Shown here one piece after another: positions 48,726-59,477 of a DNA stretch of 64,000 bases (within the stretch, counting starts at the first letter, position 1; each line of letters starts with the position of its first letter). The notes under the pieces are model-generated. The model saw nothing but the letters and a program-made list of their open reading frames with translations, did no database searches and was not told the origin of the DNA. This DNA comes from a virus (Duplodnaviria; Caudoviricetes): positions 1 to 64,000 of the IMG/VR virus record IMGVR_UViG_2974666281_000001, one strand, 5' to 3'. Made by a program: the position numbers and the translations under genes.

Positions 48726-50635
48726 TACTTCGTGTTAATGATGTATACTATCCACACAGGCCAAAACAAGATAATCAAAATGTTCTTAGGCAGCCGCTCT
48801 ATTGCGCTCTTGCCTTTGACCCATCCTGAAGTTACAGCAGCTACCAGAAGCCCACTTATCATCCATGAGAGTGGAAACACAACATAAAGTAAAGCCATAG
48901 CTAAAGGAGTCATTAGTAAAAAGTCCTGTTAGAAGGTTCGCCTGTAAACCAGGCTGAAGTTGAAATAGCTCGGGCCTGTTCAGCTAAGTCAAAAGATACA
49001 TTGATACCAATCTTTTCAAGCTTCCAGTCTGTAGCAGCTTCAATCTGAGCCTTATCCATCTCTATAAGGTCTTGCGCTTTACATTTAAGCTTAAAGCGTT
49101 TTAGCTCAGGAGTCAGTTCGCCTGATTCGGTTTGAAGACGTTCTTCATCCATGATAACATCAGTAATCAATCTTTCATTATCATATTTCACAATAGCTTT
49201 GTTCATTGCCAGACAGAATTTTTGTTTAGCTCCCTTGAGAGCTTCAACTTTTTCTTTAATGAGGATATCAGCAATGTTCATTACCAGTCCTTTTGTGGAA
49301 GTGGGATGTCATCAGCCCAGATAGATGCCGTAGTTATTTCTTCACCTTCAAGCCAGAGTTCAATACGTAAAGTTGAATCTTTATAGCTTGGTGGCACGAC
49401 GTTTAAGCTTAAATTTTCTTTTAGATAATCTTTCAATTCTTCTTTAGTCATCTGAAACCTCTTTAGGTTGATACTTTAATTGTAATATATCATGGACTTT
49501 AATAGCTTCTACGTAAATCGTTGGAATAGTGAAGTCATAAACCCATTGAACAATTTCTTTATCTTTCAAAGCCCAAGGTTTATAATAAGCCCAGACATCT
49601 TGGTGTTGTTTAAAGACTGAGTCCATTTCACGACGTGCTTCACGAGCCCAATAAAGAAATGTACCAATAACTTGAGCCCAATATTCAGGACAAATAGACA
49701 TATGAGATGGACCAGATTGTTCCATTTTCTCAGTGATAATAAGTTCTCGCCAGGCGCTCCTGAGCTCACCCAGGGTGTTTGGTTTTGTACCGTGATTAAA
49801 CTTATACAGCTCTTCACAAATACGTACAGCCGCTTTCTCTTGCTTTCCTTGTGGCTTTCCTGCATAGATATGAGCCGGAGGATAGATGCTAGTGTTTTGA
49901 ACCCAGTTGTTCATTAAGATAGACATGTTTTCACCGTTTCTTTAGATGGAACGCCATTACCATTATCAGAATACTTACGTTGCATAATAAAATCATATGG
50001 GTCATCAATATCATAACGCATCCAGAATACACCCATATTGATATTATGAGGAGCATTACCAGAAGAACCAGTAGCACGTCCTACATCGCGGCGAGAATAA
50101 CGATGATGCCCATGTTGGTCATACGCTGTTTCATATGAAGTGCCAGCTCCAGTGATACCTTCAATAATGATTTCTTCGCCGCCATTAGTAATGAATTTAG
50201 AGCCTTTAGTGAAGTACGACGGGTTACCATTTTTAGAAGAAACCATTACAATAACATCTTCGATATTCTGGTCATCGTTATACGTTCCAAGATGCCATAC
50301 TGCTTGGAACTCATTTTCAGCTTCAACCGTTGATACACGAAACTTTTCGTCCCAAATACCATTTACAAATCTTTTGAATTTGATTTCGTATTTCACTAAA
50401 GCACTCATGCTTTCACCTCTTTATTTCCAGTTACCAGACCATGTACCAGAACAACAATTGCAGCTACAACGCCGAATGTCATAACCATTAACAGCGGGTC
50501 AGTAAAGAAACCGTTTAGAGCTTGGTACCAATCAAGCCATTCCATACGCATACGGAAGAAAGCCACAAACTTCTCACCTTCACGGTCGATGAACAAGTTA
50601 ACAACCCACCAAAAAGCAAATACGATAGTTTCCAT
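48725..50635 (-). other. hypothetical genes 48725-48913 (membrane), 48913-49281, 49444-49926 (nrdC.9-like), 49914-50408, 50405-50635 (membrane)
   Basis: ORF track; early promoter ATTTAC-18 nt-TATGAT with IR at 50663-50696. Confidence 0.6.
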
Positions 50636-50698
50636 TATAATTTCCTCATTTCGTTTCAGTAAAGCCATCATAACATGTATGATGGCTGTTGTAAATAC

Positions 50699-51679
50699 TT
50701 ACTTAAGCAAAGTTACTTCAGCAATTTCTTCCCAACCATTTTCGTCTGTAGCTACGAAGTCAGCAAGATAAAGCGCAGTACGTAACGATACATTACGAAG
50801 CTTAGCAACATTAGCTTTCATCCAAGCCAGAGCTTCATAAGTCTGAGCATCTGTAAGACCACGTTTCTGCATCATGTCAGTAGAGAGAATTACATCTTCA
50901 ACACGAACCATGATTTCTTCGTTTGAGTGAACACCAAGGTCCAGATAAACAGAACGTGATACTAGAGCTTGAAGGTGTGGAGAAAGTTTAGAACCACGCT
51001 CTAATTCACGGTCGATATCGACGTTAGTGATGAACACGATAGTTCCAGCAAACTCAAACTCTTTATCAATGCCTTTGTCATCAAGATAAGCTGAAGCAGT
51101 GCTCCAACAAACTTTACGAGTTTCACCAGTATCGAGTGCAGCTTTCAGAAGGTTCAGGATATCCATGTCACTGAACACATCAACATCATCCAGAAGCAGA
51201 ACTGAACCTTCTTCTTTATTTTTCCAGAGCTGTTCGTAGAGGCCAATACCTGAGATTTTACCGTTGATGCTTTTGAAAACGATTTCACCACGTTCGTCAG
51301 CAGCTTTCAGATTTTTCTCTAAAGTGTATGTCTTACCAATACCTGCAGCACCAGAGATAATTAATGAACGGATATTACCAGAAATGATGCCTTTAGTCAT
51401 CATATTCATCACTGTGAAGCGTTTGTTGATACGTTGTTTCATTTCCTCTTCTGATTCAACTGAAGTCAGAGGAGAAACCTCCATTCCTTCCATTTCGATA
51501 TCACATTTGAACACCCATACTCCACGTTCTTTACCATCAACCTGGATGAACACTTTACCGTCACCAAGGTGTGCTTCGTGAACTGGAACAACCTCTGGGA
51601 ACCAGGTCTTAGTTGCAACAAACTTACCATTGATGTCATTGCCGCGGTAAGTACCTTTGTTGATTTGAACGTTGAACAT
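50699..51679 (-). CDS. AAA+ ATPase (nrdC.10-like)
   Basis: GAAGIGKT, LLLDDVD, FITN, ALVSR. Confidence 0.8.
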   Translation of the reverse strand: MFNVQINKGTYRGNDINGKFVATKTWFPEVVPVHEAHLGDGKVFIQVDGKERGVWVFKCDIEMEGMEVSPLTSVESEEEMKQRINKRFTVMNMMTKGIISGNIRSLIISGAAGIGKTYTLEKNLKAADERGEIVFKSINGKISGIGLYEQLWKNKEEGSVLLLDDVDVFSDMDILNLLKAALDTGETRKVCWSTASAYLDDKGIDKEFEFAGTIVFITNVDIDRELERGSKLSPHLQALVSRSVYLDLGVHSNEEIMVRVEDVILSTDMMQKRGLTDAQTYEALAWMKANVAKLRNVSLRTALYLADFVATDENGWEEIAEVTLLK

Positions 51680-51775
51680 TTTATTTCTCCATTTACTTGT
51701 TTTGTTTCGATGCAGCTATAATAACATGTTTGAAGCAGATGTACATACCTTTTTGAAAAAGATTTAAATGCCCGA

Positions 51776-51796
51776 AAGGGACCCGAAGGTCCCTTC
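51776..51796 (-). terminator. UUCG terminator
   Basis: AAGGGACC-TTCG-GGTCCCTTT. Confidence 0.8.
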
Positions 51797-52229
51797 ATTA
51801 TGAGTGCTTGTCTATCTGATGGTCTGCCAATCGTTTAGGCAGTGACCAAATGGCTTTCAAGAGACCCATGACGCAGACACAGACACCAATCCAGAGCCAT
51901 AGAGTTAAGAAGAACCAGAAATCAACTGCAGTATCAACTGCACCACGTTTAATCATGTAGCGAGTAATAATGTAGCCCACTGTGAAGTAGACCACAAGGA
52001 TAAAAGCAAATAGCACCATAAAAGTTATACTCATATTGCGTCCCAATATAGCTTGAACTCTATCTGATGACGAGCCCACCGTTTAAATTTCCGAAGTTGT
52101 TTCTTGGTAGGTTTACAAGCAAACTTACCGTTCACCCTGAATCCTGTTTCTCGACAAACTGCTTCAAGATACCAACGTCTGCCTGTTCGTGGATGGGGTC
52201 TCCCGTAAGAGACCCATGTTTTCATTATA

Positions 52230-53243
52230 CTATCGGTTGTAATAAGCGTTGTGGTTGTCAAGATAGACCTTCTCTATGAAGTTGTCCCAAAAGGTCATAT
52301 CGACCTTTTTACGCATACCATTTCGTTCAGCGTTGATAGCTAGGGTTTCAACCAAATCGACTGTATCTTCTAGAAGTTCTTGAACTTCTTTGAAAGCCAC
52401 TTCACCAGCCTTAATCAGTTTTATGATTCCAGCTTCACGTAATGGGAATACTAAATCACCAGTTGTATAGATTTCTTTCAATTGAACGCCAGCTCGATAA
52501 GCATGGCTCAATGCTTTCCAATCTATACCTTCGTTAGCTTCTGCTTTACGAGCACGTTCACCGTATTCGTCCCACAGTTTCATCAGAGAATGCTTCATTT
52601 CTTTGATAGTGATAGTTGTCTGGAACTTACGGCCTAGCACGTTATAAAACTTCTGAACACCTGACTTATGGTCAACAAAATCAGTCCATTCTAAGAATTC
52701 GCCAAGAGGAAGCTTTTCAGCGATATCTTGAACTTTCCAACGCTCGTTAATACCTTTCTGCTGAGGACGATCATCATACTTCCATTCTGGAATATCTTTG
52801 ATAACATCTATTACTTTACGCAGGTCAGCCAGACGAGAGCCTTTGACACCATATTTTGCCGCTTGCTTACGAACATAACCTAGATAGGATTTCATGTCAG
52901 TAGTGTAGAAACGAGAGCGGTTTTCTTGAATAAACTTCCAGACATCAGGTAAATCAGAAGCCACTACAAGATTAGCAGGAGTATGAAGCATATCAAGAGC
53001 AACAGTTTCTCCTGTTGAAGCGAGCTCAAAGAAATATTTGAGACTGTACAACTCATGGTCAACGTCGTCCTTACTATTTTTCGAAGCAGTGTTGTTAGTG
53101 TTCAGATTAGTATGGTTCATTGCACGACCCATTAGGATATCTCGAGGGTGTGGAACAAAGATTTCTTTAAAGTCTACATCAGACTCAGGAGTAGATGTCC
53201 CATAAAGATGACTACCAAAATAGCCTTTCATTACTGTTTTCAT
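52230..53243 (-). CDS. Pol-beta-superfamily nucleotidyltransferase (nrdC.11-like)
   Basis: GSHLYGTSTPESDVD (GS..DxD motif); DWKALSHAYR. Confidence 0.85.
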   Translation of the reverse strand: MKTVMKGYFGSHLYGTSTPESDVDFKEIFVPHPRDILMGRAMNHTNLNTNNTASKNSKDDVDHELYSLKYFFELASTGETVALDMLHTPANLVVASDLPDVWKFIQENRSRFYTTDMKSYLGYVRKQAAKYGVKGSRLADLRKVIDVIKDIPEWKYDDRPQQKGINERWKVQDIAEKLPLGEFLEWTDFVDHKSGVQKFYNVLGRKFQTTITIKEMKHSLMKLWDEYGERARKAEANEGIDWKALSHAYRAGVQLKEIYTTGDLVFPLREAGIIKLIKAGEVAFKEVQELLEDTVDLVETLAINAERNGMRKKVDMTFWDNFIEKVYLDNHNAYYNR

Positions 53244-55488
53244 AAGTAAATATGTCTTCCTTTAGCAAATTTGACTAAATCGTTTGCAGCTTTAACTTTA
53301 GCCTCGATAGCTTCTTTATCTGCAAGCTTTTTAGAAGTCAATTGGGATTGTCCAATTTTCTTGTACGTGTAAAAATATTGAACATCATGCGTATGATACA
53401 TTTCACCATCAGGATGTTGTTCACGTTCTACTGTGCTTCTTATTGAAGTTTCAATCATTGGCCAAATAGCCCAATCAGAAGGTGTTCTGATAATAGCTAC
53501 TGATATTTTGGTTTTACCATAACTATAGTCATTAATATAACCTAAAATACGAGAAGCACGGTCCATTAATGCGAACGTAATATCAGAATAAGAAGCCATA
53601 GGCATTTGCTTTACAATACTCATTGTAAGCTTCTTTTTAGTTGTTATGATTTCAATATCCACGGATAAATTCCCATTGACCATTACGATAACGAACCATC
53701 GATTGAAGATCTAAACGACCTTCAAATACAGATGTATTACCAGAGATAAGGTTATGTCTAACTTTAATCTGTTCGCCATTTTCGAAAGTAAAAATAGCTA
53801 TAGGCTGTAGTGACATTAAAGATTTCTCGATTGAGGAATTAAAAACGGCCTTTCGGCCGTTTATTGTATATTCACCGTAGTCTTTAAGCATTTTCAAGTC
53901 CAAACGCAGTGAGAGCCGATTTATCTCGTGGGTTCAACATAGAAGCTTTACCCTCTGGGTCTGTTAAGAACAGAGTACCATCGCCAGCAACGCCTACAAC
54001 AGTATATCCTTTTCCACATTTCCACAATATATCGTTAGTCGCAACAGGACTAAAGACAGTTGAATTTACACGTTTATGTCGACATGGAATCTTTTTATCA
54101 TTGAAAATAACTTCGGTATGACCAGCATCAGAATAAACTTCACAAAGGTTCCATGAGGTGATGTCAGTTTCGCCAACAATGCTGTAAGTTTTACCTAATA
54201 AGTCAATGATAAGCAGATGATTATTACTGGTGGAAATATGCTGAGCGTAAATAAGAGTTTTCTTATCTGATTTGTGAACCATACGGATGATGTATTTGAA
54301 AACTTCTTTAGTGACGCTTCCACCACGATTAATAAAAATATCATCACCTACAGTTAATTCAACTAGTTTAGTTTGAGCTACTTGCTTTTTAGTACCAATC
54401 ATTTCTTTTTCCTCAAAACAGGGCCTTTCGGCCCTTTTAGTTATTCAGACTTTTCTGCGTCAACGAATTCAATAGAAGGGCAGAATTTAGACTTTTTAGC
54501 TTTAATAAAAGACATCATCAATGATGGTTCTTTAGGCGGTATACCTGATTCACGTCGTTCTTTTTCTTTTTGATACTTACGTTCTTCTAAATAATCTTTA
54601 ACCCATTCAGTAAGCCAGTGTACACCAAATGCAATACCAAAACAAACTGCACCTATAGCTGCAATTAGAATCAAACCAACAAACACAGAAGAAATAGCAG
54701 TAACTACAGAGCCAGTTGTGATACCGACTACACTAAGAAGCCATACGGTCAAACCATTACCTAACATCCAGGCTAAAGAAGCTACACCCACCGCTTTAAT
54801 AAATGCAAACAAAGTAAAGAAAGCCGTTTTCCAGAAGTACGGACATAACGACGTAGGAATTTTCCATTCATTACCAGAATAGAATTTGTTCAACTTAAAG
54901 TGCCAAGAGTTACGATAGATTTGCATATTATAGACCTTTCAAAGATAGGATAACAGAGTTTAAGTAACGGACTAAAGCTTCAGCTTCAGCTTTTGTTAGT
55001 GCGAGTTCATCGATATCGCTTAAGTCGCGTTGGATAATTGTCACAAAATCACAGCAAACACCTTTTTCGATATTAACATCACGACGAACAGATAGTTCAG
55101 TGTCGTAGTTAACACCGTGGTCTGGAGTAATATCAGACACGAGTAAAGCTTTACATTCTTTACCAGGTTCGAGCCATTGTAAATTTGTCATTTTATACCT
55201 TGTTTGTTTAACGTAGAGCCATTATAACATGATTCTAGAGGATGTAAACTACTTGATGTAGTTGCTATACTGTTCAGAACCTTTTCGAATGATTCGAGAG
55301 CAATAAGGCAGAGATTCAGTGGTTTTGATGAACCGTTCTAGCTCATAAGTAGTGCATGTGGTCATAGTGTACATCAAAGCACCAGTTGCGCCTTTGTATT
55401 GGCAAATCTCTACGCGTTCAGACTTGTCGTACTGACGGGTGACAACAAGATCGCCCACTTCAAGTTTAGTTGACATACTACCACCCAA
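53240..55488 (-). other. hypothetical genes 53240-53683, 53652-53903, 53884-54402, 54441-54926 (membrane), 54928-55191, 55249-55488
   Basis: ORF track; terminator at 54420-54436; early promoter at 55221-55249. Confidence 0.6.
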
Positions 55489-56164
55489 ATTGGTCAGAAG
55501 TTACAAACACTTGTTGTTGCTTACGAAAGATTTCATTCAAATCTTTCTGCGGTTCGAGATAATCAGATTCAGTGACACGAATCAAATAACGCCAACCTGC
55601 AGAACGTGCCGCTTGAGCTGTGTGAAGTTCCCACCAATCCCACTCGTAAATAATGCCTGGAATCACTTCATAGGTTTCGAGATGTCGACGAGTTCGAGCC
55701 ATTTGTTCAGAAACACGTTTGTACAAAGAACCGTCAGGCTGACAGGGAACGTTGAGTTCAATATTACGATTCTTTACAAACATTGTAGGACAATCACAGC
55801 CAAGAACCATCAAATGATAACGTGGCGAGCGTCCTTCTTCTTGTTTGAAGATATTTGGAGTTCCACGAGCAGGACTCATTGAACCACCACGTGGTACACC
55901 ATCAGTGTGCCAGCCTGGAATAGCAGGGAACATCCCTGGTTGGAGCAGGTGTGTCTTTACGTCAACCGTAATATGATTATAGTCCATACCTAAGTTCATT
56001 GATGCTAGCGCCGCCTGAGTGATTGCTCCACCAAAGTTCATAGCCACATCTACTGAAGCATTCCACAACCCAGGTGCATTTTTAATATCGTTCTGGGTAA
56101 AGCCTTGAACTAATTGGCCTGTCTTGACTTCACCACGATTAAACATCATAGGAACAGTCTGCAT
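55478..56164 (-). CDS. putative 2OG-Fe(II) dioxygenase
   Basis: PGWHTD (HxD), distal ELH, then WRYLIR. Confidence 0.65.
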   Translation of the reverse strand: MQTVPMMFNRGEVKTGQLVQGFTQNDIKNAPGLWNASVDVAMNFGGAITQAALASMNLGMDYNHITVDVKTHLLQPGMFPAIPGWHTDGVPRGGSMSPARGTPNIFKQEEGRSPRYHLMVLGCDCPTMFVKNRNIELNVPCQPDGSLYKRVSEQMARTRRHLETYEVIPGIIYEWDWWELHTAQAARSAGWRYLIRVTESDYLEPQKDLNEIFRKQQQVFVTSDQFGW

Positions 56165-56174
56165 TATATTTTCC

Positions 56175-56441
56175 TCATCTTAATTGTGAATCTTTTGAAC
56201 CACGACGGTTGTAGTAGCTTTTAACCACGTTATCAGCCTTACTTTGACATTCAACACAAAGTAAACAACCAGGAACAGCCTTACGGCGAGCCAAAGGAAT
56301 AGGTTCATCACACTTCTCACAGAATTCAGCACTTTCACGTTTTGAAGCTAACTCAAGCTCTAGGCGAGCCCAGTCAACTGCATCATTTACTACGGCTTCA
56401 CGGGTAGCGAAACCTTCATCACTTGGACCCCAACCGTTCAT
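56175..56441 (-). CDS. DksA/TraR C4 zinc-finger protein, YbiI-like
   Basis: CEKC..PIPLARR.AVPG..LCVECQ; C-terminal YNRRGSKDSQLR as in enterobacterial YbiI. Confidence 0.88.
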   Translation of the reverse strand: MNGWGPSDEGFATREAVVNDAVDWARLELELASKRESAEFCEKCDEPIPLARRKAVPGCLLCVECQSKADNVVKSYYNRRGSKDSQLR

Positions 56442-56604
56442 CAGATGCTCTTCTGTACCAAGTCAATAAGATTATTCACTAAGTTGTAAGTGAACAGTGG
56501 ATTATGATATTGGACAAAAAGATATCCAGCAATAAGTAAATATTTCATAAGTTCTCCTGATTGAGAGGGCATCTTTTATCATGCCCTCTCTGTGTTGTAA
56601 ACTA

Positions 56605-57051
56605 TTAGTAATCGTAGTACATTTCCATTTCACGCCATTCCTGACGTTCACGTTCTTGATCTTCAGGCGTAAAACCTTTAGCATAAGCTTGGTCAACCGG
56701 GTCACTGAATTCATCAGCTTTCAGTTCAGCCAAGAACTTCATGGCGGCTTCTTTAGAAGTATAAGCACGGTTCAGGTTATACACACCACGGTTAGTACCT
56801 GTGTCAACACCCATGTCATTCAAAGAGCTTTCAGTTTTGTAAGAACTTTCTTTGCCAGAACAATCAATGTAACAGTTAATCAGTTTGACAAACAGATACT
56901 TTTGGCTTCCACAGAGCTCAACTTCATACGGATGTGAAGTGATGATGAGCTTGTTGATTTCACTTTCATCTACGACAGTGTTTTTACGATTGACACCATA
57001 TACATGATACAACACACGGCCTGGAACGAAATCACTAAGTTGAGCTTTCAT
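56605..57051 (-). CDS. hypothetical early protein
   Basis: GAGGA SD; early promoter GTTTAC-18 nt-TACTAT at 57080-57109. Confidence 0.65.
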   Translation of the reverse strand: MKAQLSDFVPGRVLYHVYGVNRKNTVVDESEINKLIITSHPYEVELCGSQKYLFVKLINCYIDCSGKESSYKTESSLNDMGVDTGTNRGVYNLNRAYTSKEAAMKFLAELKADEFSDPVDQAYAKGFTPEDQERERQEWREMEMYYDY

Positions 57052-57117
57052 AATATTTTCCTCATGTTTGTGTAGGAGTATAGTAACACGATCTTTTTAT
57101 GATGTAAACACTTTACG

Positions 57118-57150
57118 AAAAAAGGCACCCCTCAAATGAGAAGTGCCTTT
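57118..57150 (-). terminator. terminator of the rI operon
   Basis: AAAGGCAC...GTGCCTTTTTT. Confidence 0.7.
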
Positions 57151-57153
57151 AAA

Positions 57154-57540
57154 TTATTCGAGAGAAAGCAAATATTTTGTTTGATAACATACACCTACGA
57201 TTTCATCAATCGTGCTTTGAATAGCCGGTGGCATGCTTTTATAGATTTTGTCAGCTTCTTCTATGAGAATGTCTAACATTTTTACAGTGTCTGTAGGTAG
57301 CTCAGATTGGGAGACTTGGTACGGGGTATACTTACGACCGCTGAAGCCAAGCCACTGTTCACCAAACTTGTCAGTTAAATCAGAAATAGCATCAAAGAAC
57401 TTATTGTAAGCTTTATGACGTGAGTAGTTCTTCGTTTCGAAGTGAGTTGAATGGAAATAAGATGCTGATACCAGAAGTAAACCTGTAAAACGGTCTGCTG
57501 GCTCTACCTTACCATCTTTTATAAATTCATTGAATTTCAT
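57154..57540 (-). CDS. rI.-1: rI.-1 ferritin/Dps-like protein
   Basis: YFHS.HFETK.Y.RHKAY...DKFGEQ. Confidence 0.85.
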   Translation of the reverse strand: MKFNEFIKDGKVEPADRFTGLLLVSASYFHSTHFETKNYSRHKAYNKFFDAISDLTDKFGEQWLGFSGRKYTPYQVSQSELPTDTVKMLDILIEEADKIYKSMPPAIQSTIDEIVGVCYQTKYLLSLE

Positions 57541-57820
57541 TATCTAATGGAACCTTCATACTATAAGCATATTCTATGCCTGCATGTTTTCCATCAACCG
57601 AACAATCTCGGTCGCATACACCATCCTTTTCTTGCCATTTGGCTTGAATAAAAGCAAAGAACTTTTCAGATTGTTGTTTACTAGGTTCTTTAAACTTTGA
57701 GTAAACAGTTAGTGCGCCTTCGACATATTGGTTGAAGCTAGCGTCTTCCGCTGATGAAACTGATGGGGCCAAACAAGCCCCTATTAATATAGTTGTTGAT
57801 AAAACACGAATAAGGCCCAT
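57527..57820 (-). CDS. rI: antiholin RI
   Basis: N-terminal signal/SAR; F..Y.EGAL.VYS.FK.PS..QSE.F. Confidence 0.85.
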   Translation of the reverse strand: MGLIRVLSTTILIGACLAPSVSSAEDASFNQYVEGALTVYSKFKEPSKQQSEKFFAFIQAKWQEKDGVCDRDCSVDGKHAGIEYAYSMKVPLDNEIQ

Positions 57821-57829
57821 AAGGACTCC

Positions 57830-58048
57830 TTATTTCTGCCCTGTATTTTTCTTATGCTGCAAAACAGCCTTAACCGTAGCGAGGTATTTGTCGAGCGAGC
57901 GTTTACGTGTATAATCTGCTTTAGAACCTAACAAACGAATTTCTTCTTGAAGACGTGCAATAGCATGTCCGGTTTCATGACGAATTTCGTCTAATTGAAC
58001 CACAGTGAGATTACGAAGTTTCTTTTCGCTTAAATGCTGCATATACAC
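57830..58048 (-). CDS. rI.1: rI.1 hypothetical protein
   Basis: [17 protein letters not shown]...HKKNTGQK; late-like AATAAATA at 58070-58077. Confidence 0.85.
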   Translation of the reverse strand: MYMQHLSEKKLRNLTVVQLDEIRHETGHAIARLQEEIRLLGSKADYTRKRSLDKYLATVKAVLQHKKNTGQK

Positions 58049-58104
58049 CTCTTAGGTTAGTTACACAAGTATTTATTCATTTACAAATTGTAGAAAAATT
58101 TAAC

Positions 58105-58488
58105 TTAATCCCACAACATCTGGGTTAGGCCTTTTTCATATTTACGAGCAGCTTTCTCGTCCCAATTATAATCAGTGTCGTTTCTCAACGAGTTTTTGAT
58201 TTCCATCTTGTGAAATACACGAGGAATCGGTGAAGCATATCGCATCCAGCGCAGAGTCTTCCAAAATGAATCACGATGACGCTCTTTCATCATAGAAGCA
58301 AGCTCTAAAGGTCTTTCCATGTTTTCTGCAATTTGTTTATCAACATATTTCTGTTGATATTCTTTGTCTTTCTTAGTTTTAACGTATTCGGTATAACGTT
58401 TGATATAAGCGAATTCGTTATTCTTCTGGTCGTGCCATTTAGATGAAGTGGTCACGTGCCAGCCTTTACGACGGATAGTTCTTGACAT
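58105..58488 (-). CDS. basic hypothetical protein
   Basis: GAGGT SD; MSRTIRRKG N-terminus. Confidence 0.7.
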   Translation of the reverse strand: MSRTIRRKGWHVTTSSKWHDQKNNEFAYIKRYTEYVKTKKDKEYQQKYVDKQIAENMERPLELASMMKERHRDSFWKTLRWMRYASPIPRVFHKMEIKNSLRNDTDYNWDEKAARKYEKGLTQMLWD

Positions 58489-58549
58489 AATTACCTCTTG
58501 AGTTTACATTAAAGTACCTCAATGGTAATAAAACCCTGATTTAAACATA

Positions 58550-58720
58550 TTAACCTCTGTCAATAATTTCATAGATTTTGTTTAGATAATCATCGCCTAA
58601 ACGAGCTCGAATCAGTTCTTCAAAAGTAATAGGTTTTTCAGCCCAGCCTAATACTACGGATTGGGTTTGAAGAACATGTTGAAGCTCTTCAAGGGCTTCT
58701 TGTTTAGTACTAATTGTCAT
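58550..58720 (-). CDS. 56-aa hypothetical protein, not in the ORF track
   Basis: hand translation MTISTKQEALEELQ..; AGGTG SD. Confidence 0.6.
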   Translation of the reverse strand: MTISTKQEALEELQHVLQTQSVVLGWAEKPITFEELIRARLGDDYLNKIYEIIDRG

Positions 58721-59297
58721 AAACACCTAACATCTCGCACCAATGTTTGCGACAAAGTGAGACGTATTTGTCTTCTCCACCAAGTTCAACTTGGTCCCCA
58801 TCTTTGACTGCATTACCTTCAGAGTCAATACGTGCTACCATAGTTGCTTTACGTCCACAATGGCATACACCTTTAAGCTCAACCAGTTTATCCGCTGTCG
58901 CCAACAAAGCTTTAGAACCTTCAAACAATTCACCACGGAAATCCGTACGTAGCCCATAAGCCATCACAGGCACATGGTAGATATCTACTATTTGACACAG
59001 CTGAAGAACTTGATTAGGCTCAAGAAATTGGGCTTCATCAACCAGCACACAGTGAATATCACGTTGTGTTTGGGCCCATTTAAAGAACTCAAGAATATTC
59101 ATTCCTTTATGAATAACATTGGCTTCTTGTCTAAGACCTATACGAGATACAACTTCTGTTGCAGAATCTCGATCATCCACAGCAGGCTTCATTACTAGTG
59201 TACCCATACCGCGTTCTTTATAGTTGTGAGCTACTGAAAGAAGTGCGGTACTTTTACCTGCATTCATTGAAGCAAAATTAAAATAAAGTTGAGCCAT
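58710..59297 (-). CDS. tk: thymidine kinase
   Basis: MNAGKST, VDEAQF, YGLRTDF, CHCG, SLCRKH. Confidence 0.97.
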   Translation of the reverse strand: MAQLYFNFASMNAGKSTALLSVAHNYKERGMGTLVMKPAVDDRDSATEVVSRIGLRQEANVIHKGMNILEFFKWAQTQRDIHCVLVDEAQFLEPNQVLQLCQIVDIYHVPVMAYGLRTDFRGELFEGSKALLATADKLVELKGVCHCGRKATMVARIDSEGNAVKDGDQVELGGEDKYVSLCRKHWCEMLGVYDN

Positions 59298-59477
59298 ATT
59301 ATTTGCCTTGTAATAAACAGCTAATATTACCTACTAAGTCAACTAAAATTTGTCGTTGAACATCTGCTTCGGCTTCACGAGTACGCCATTCATCCATTGA
59401 AATCTCGCAATCACAATTAGCTTCTTCGGCTGCTCTTACTGAGTCTTCAAACTTTTTTAATATATCTAAGAATTCAT

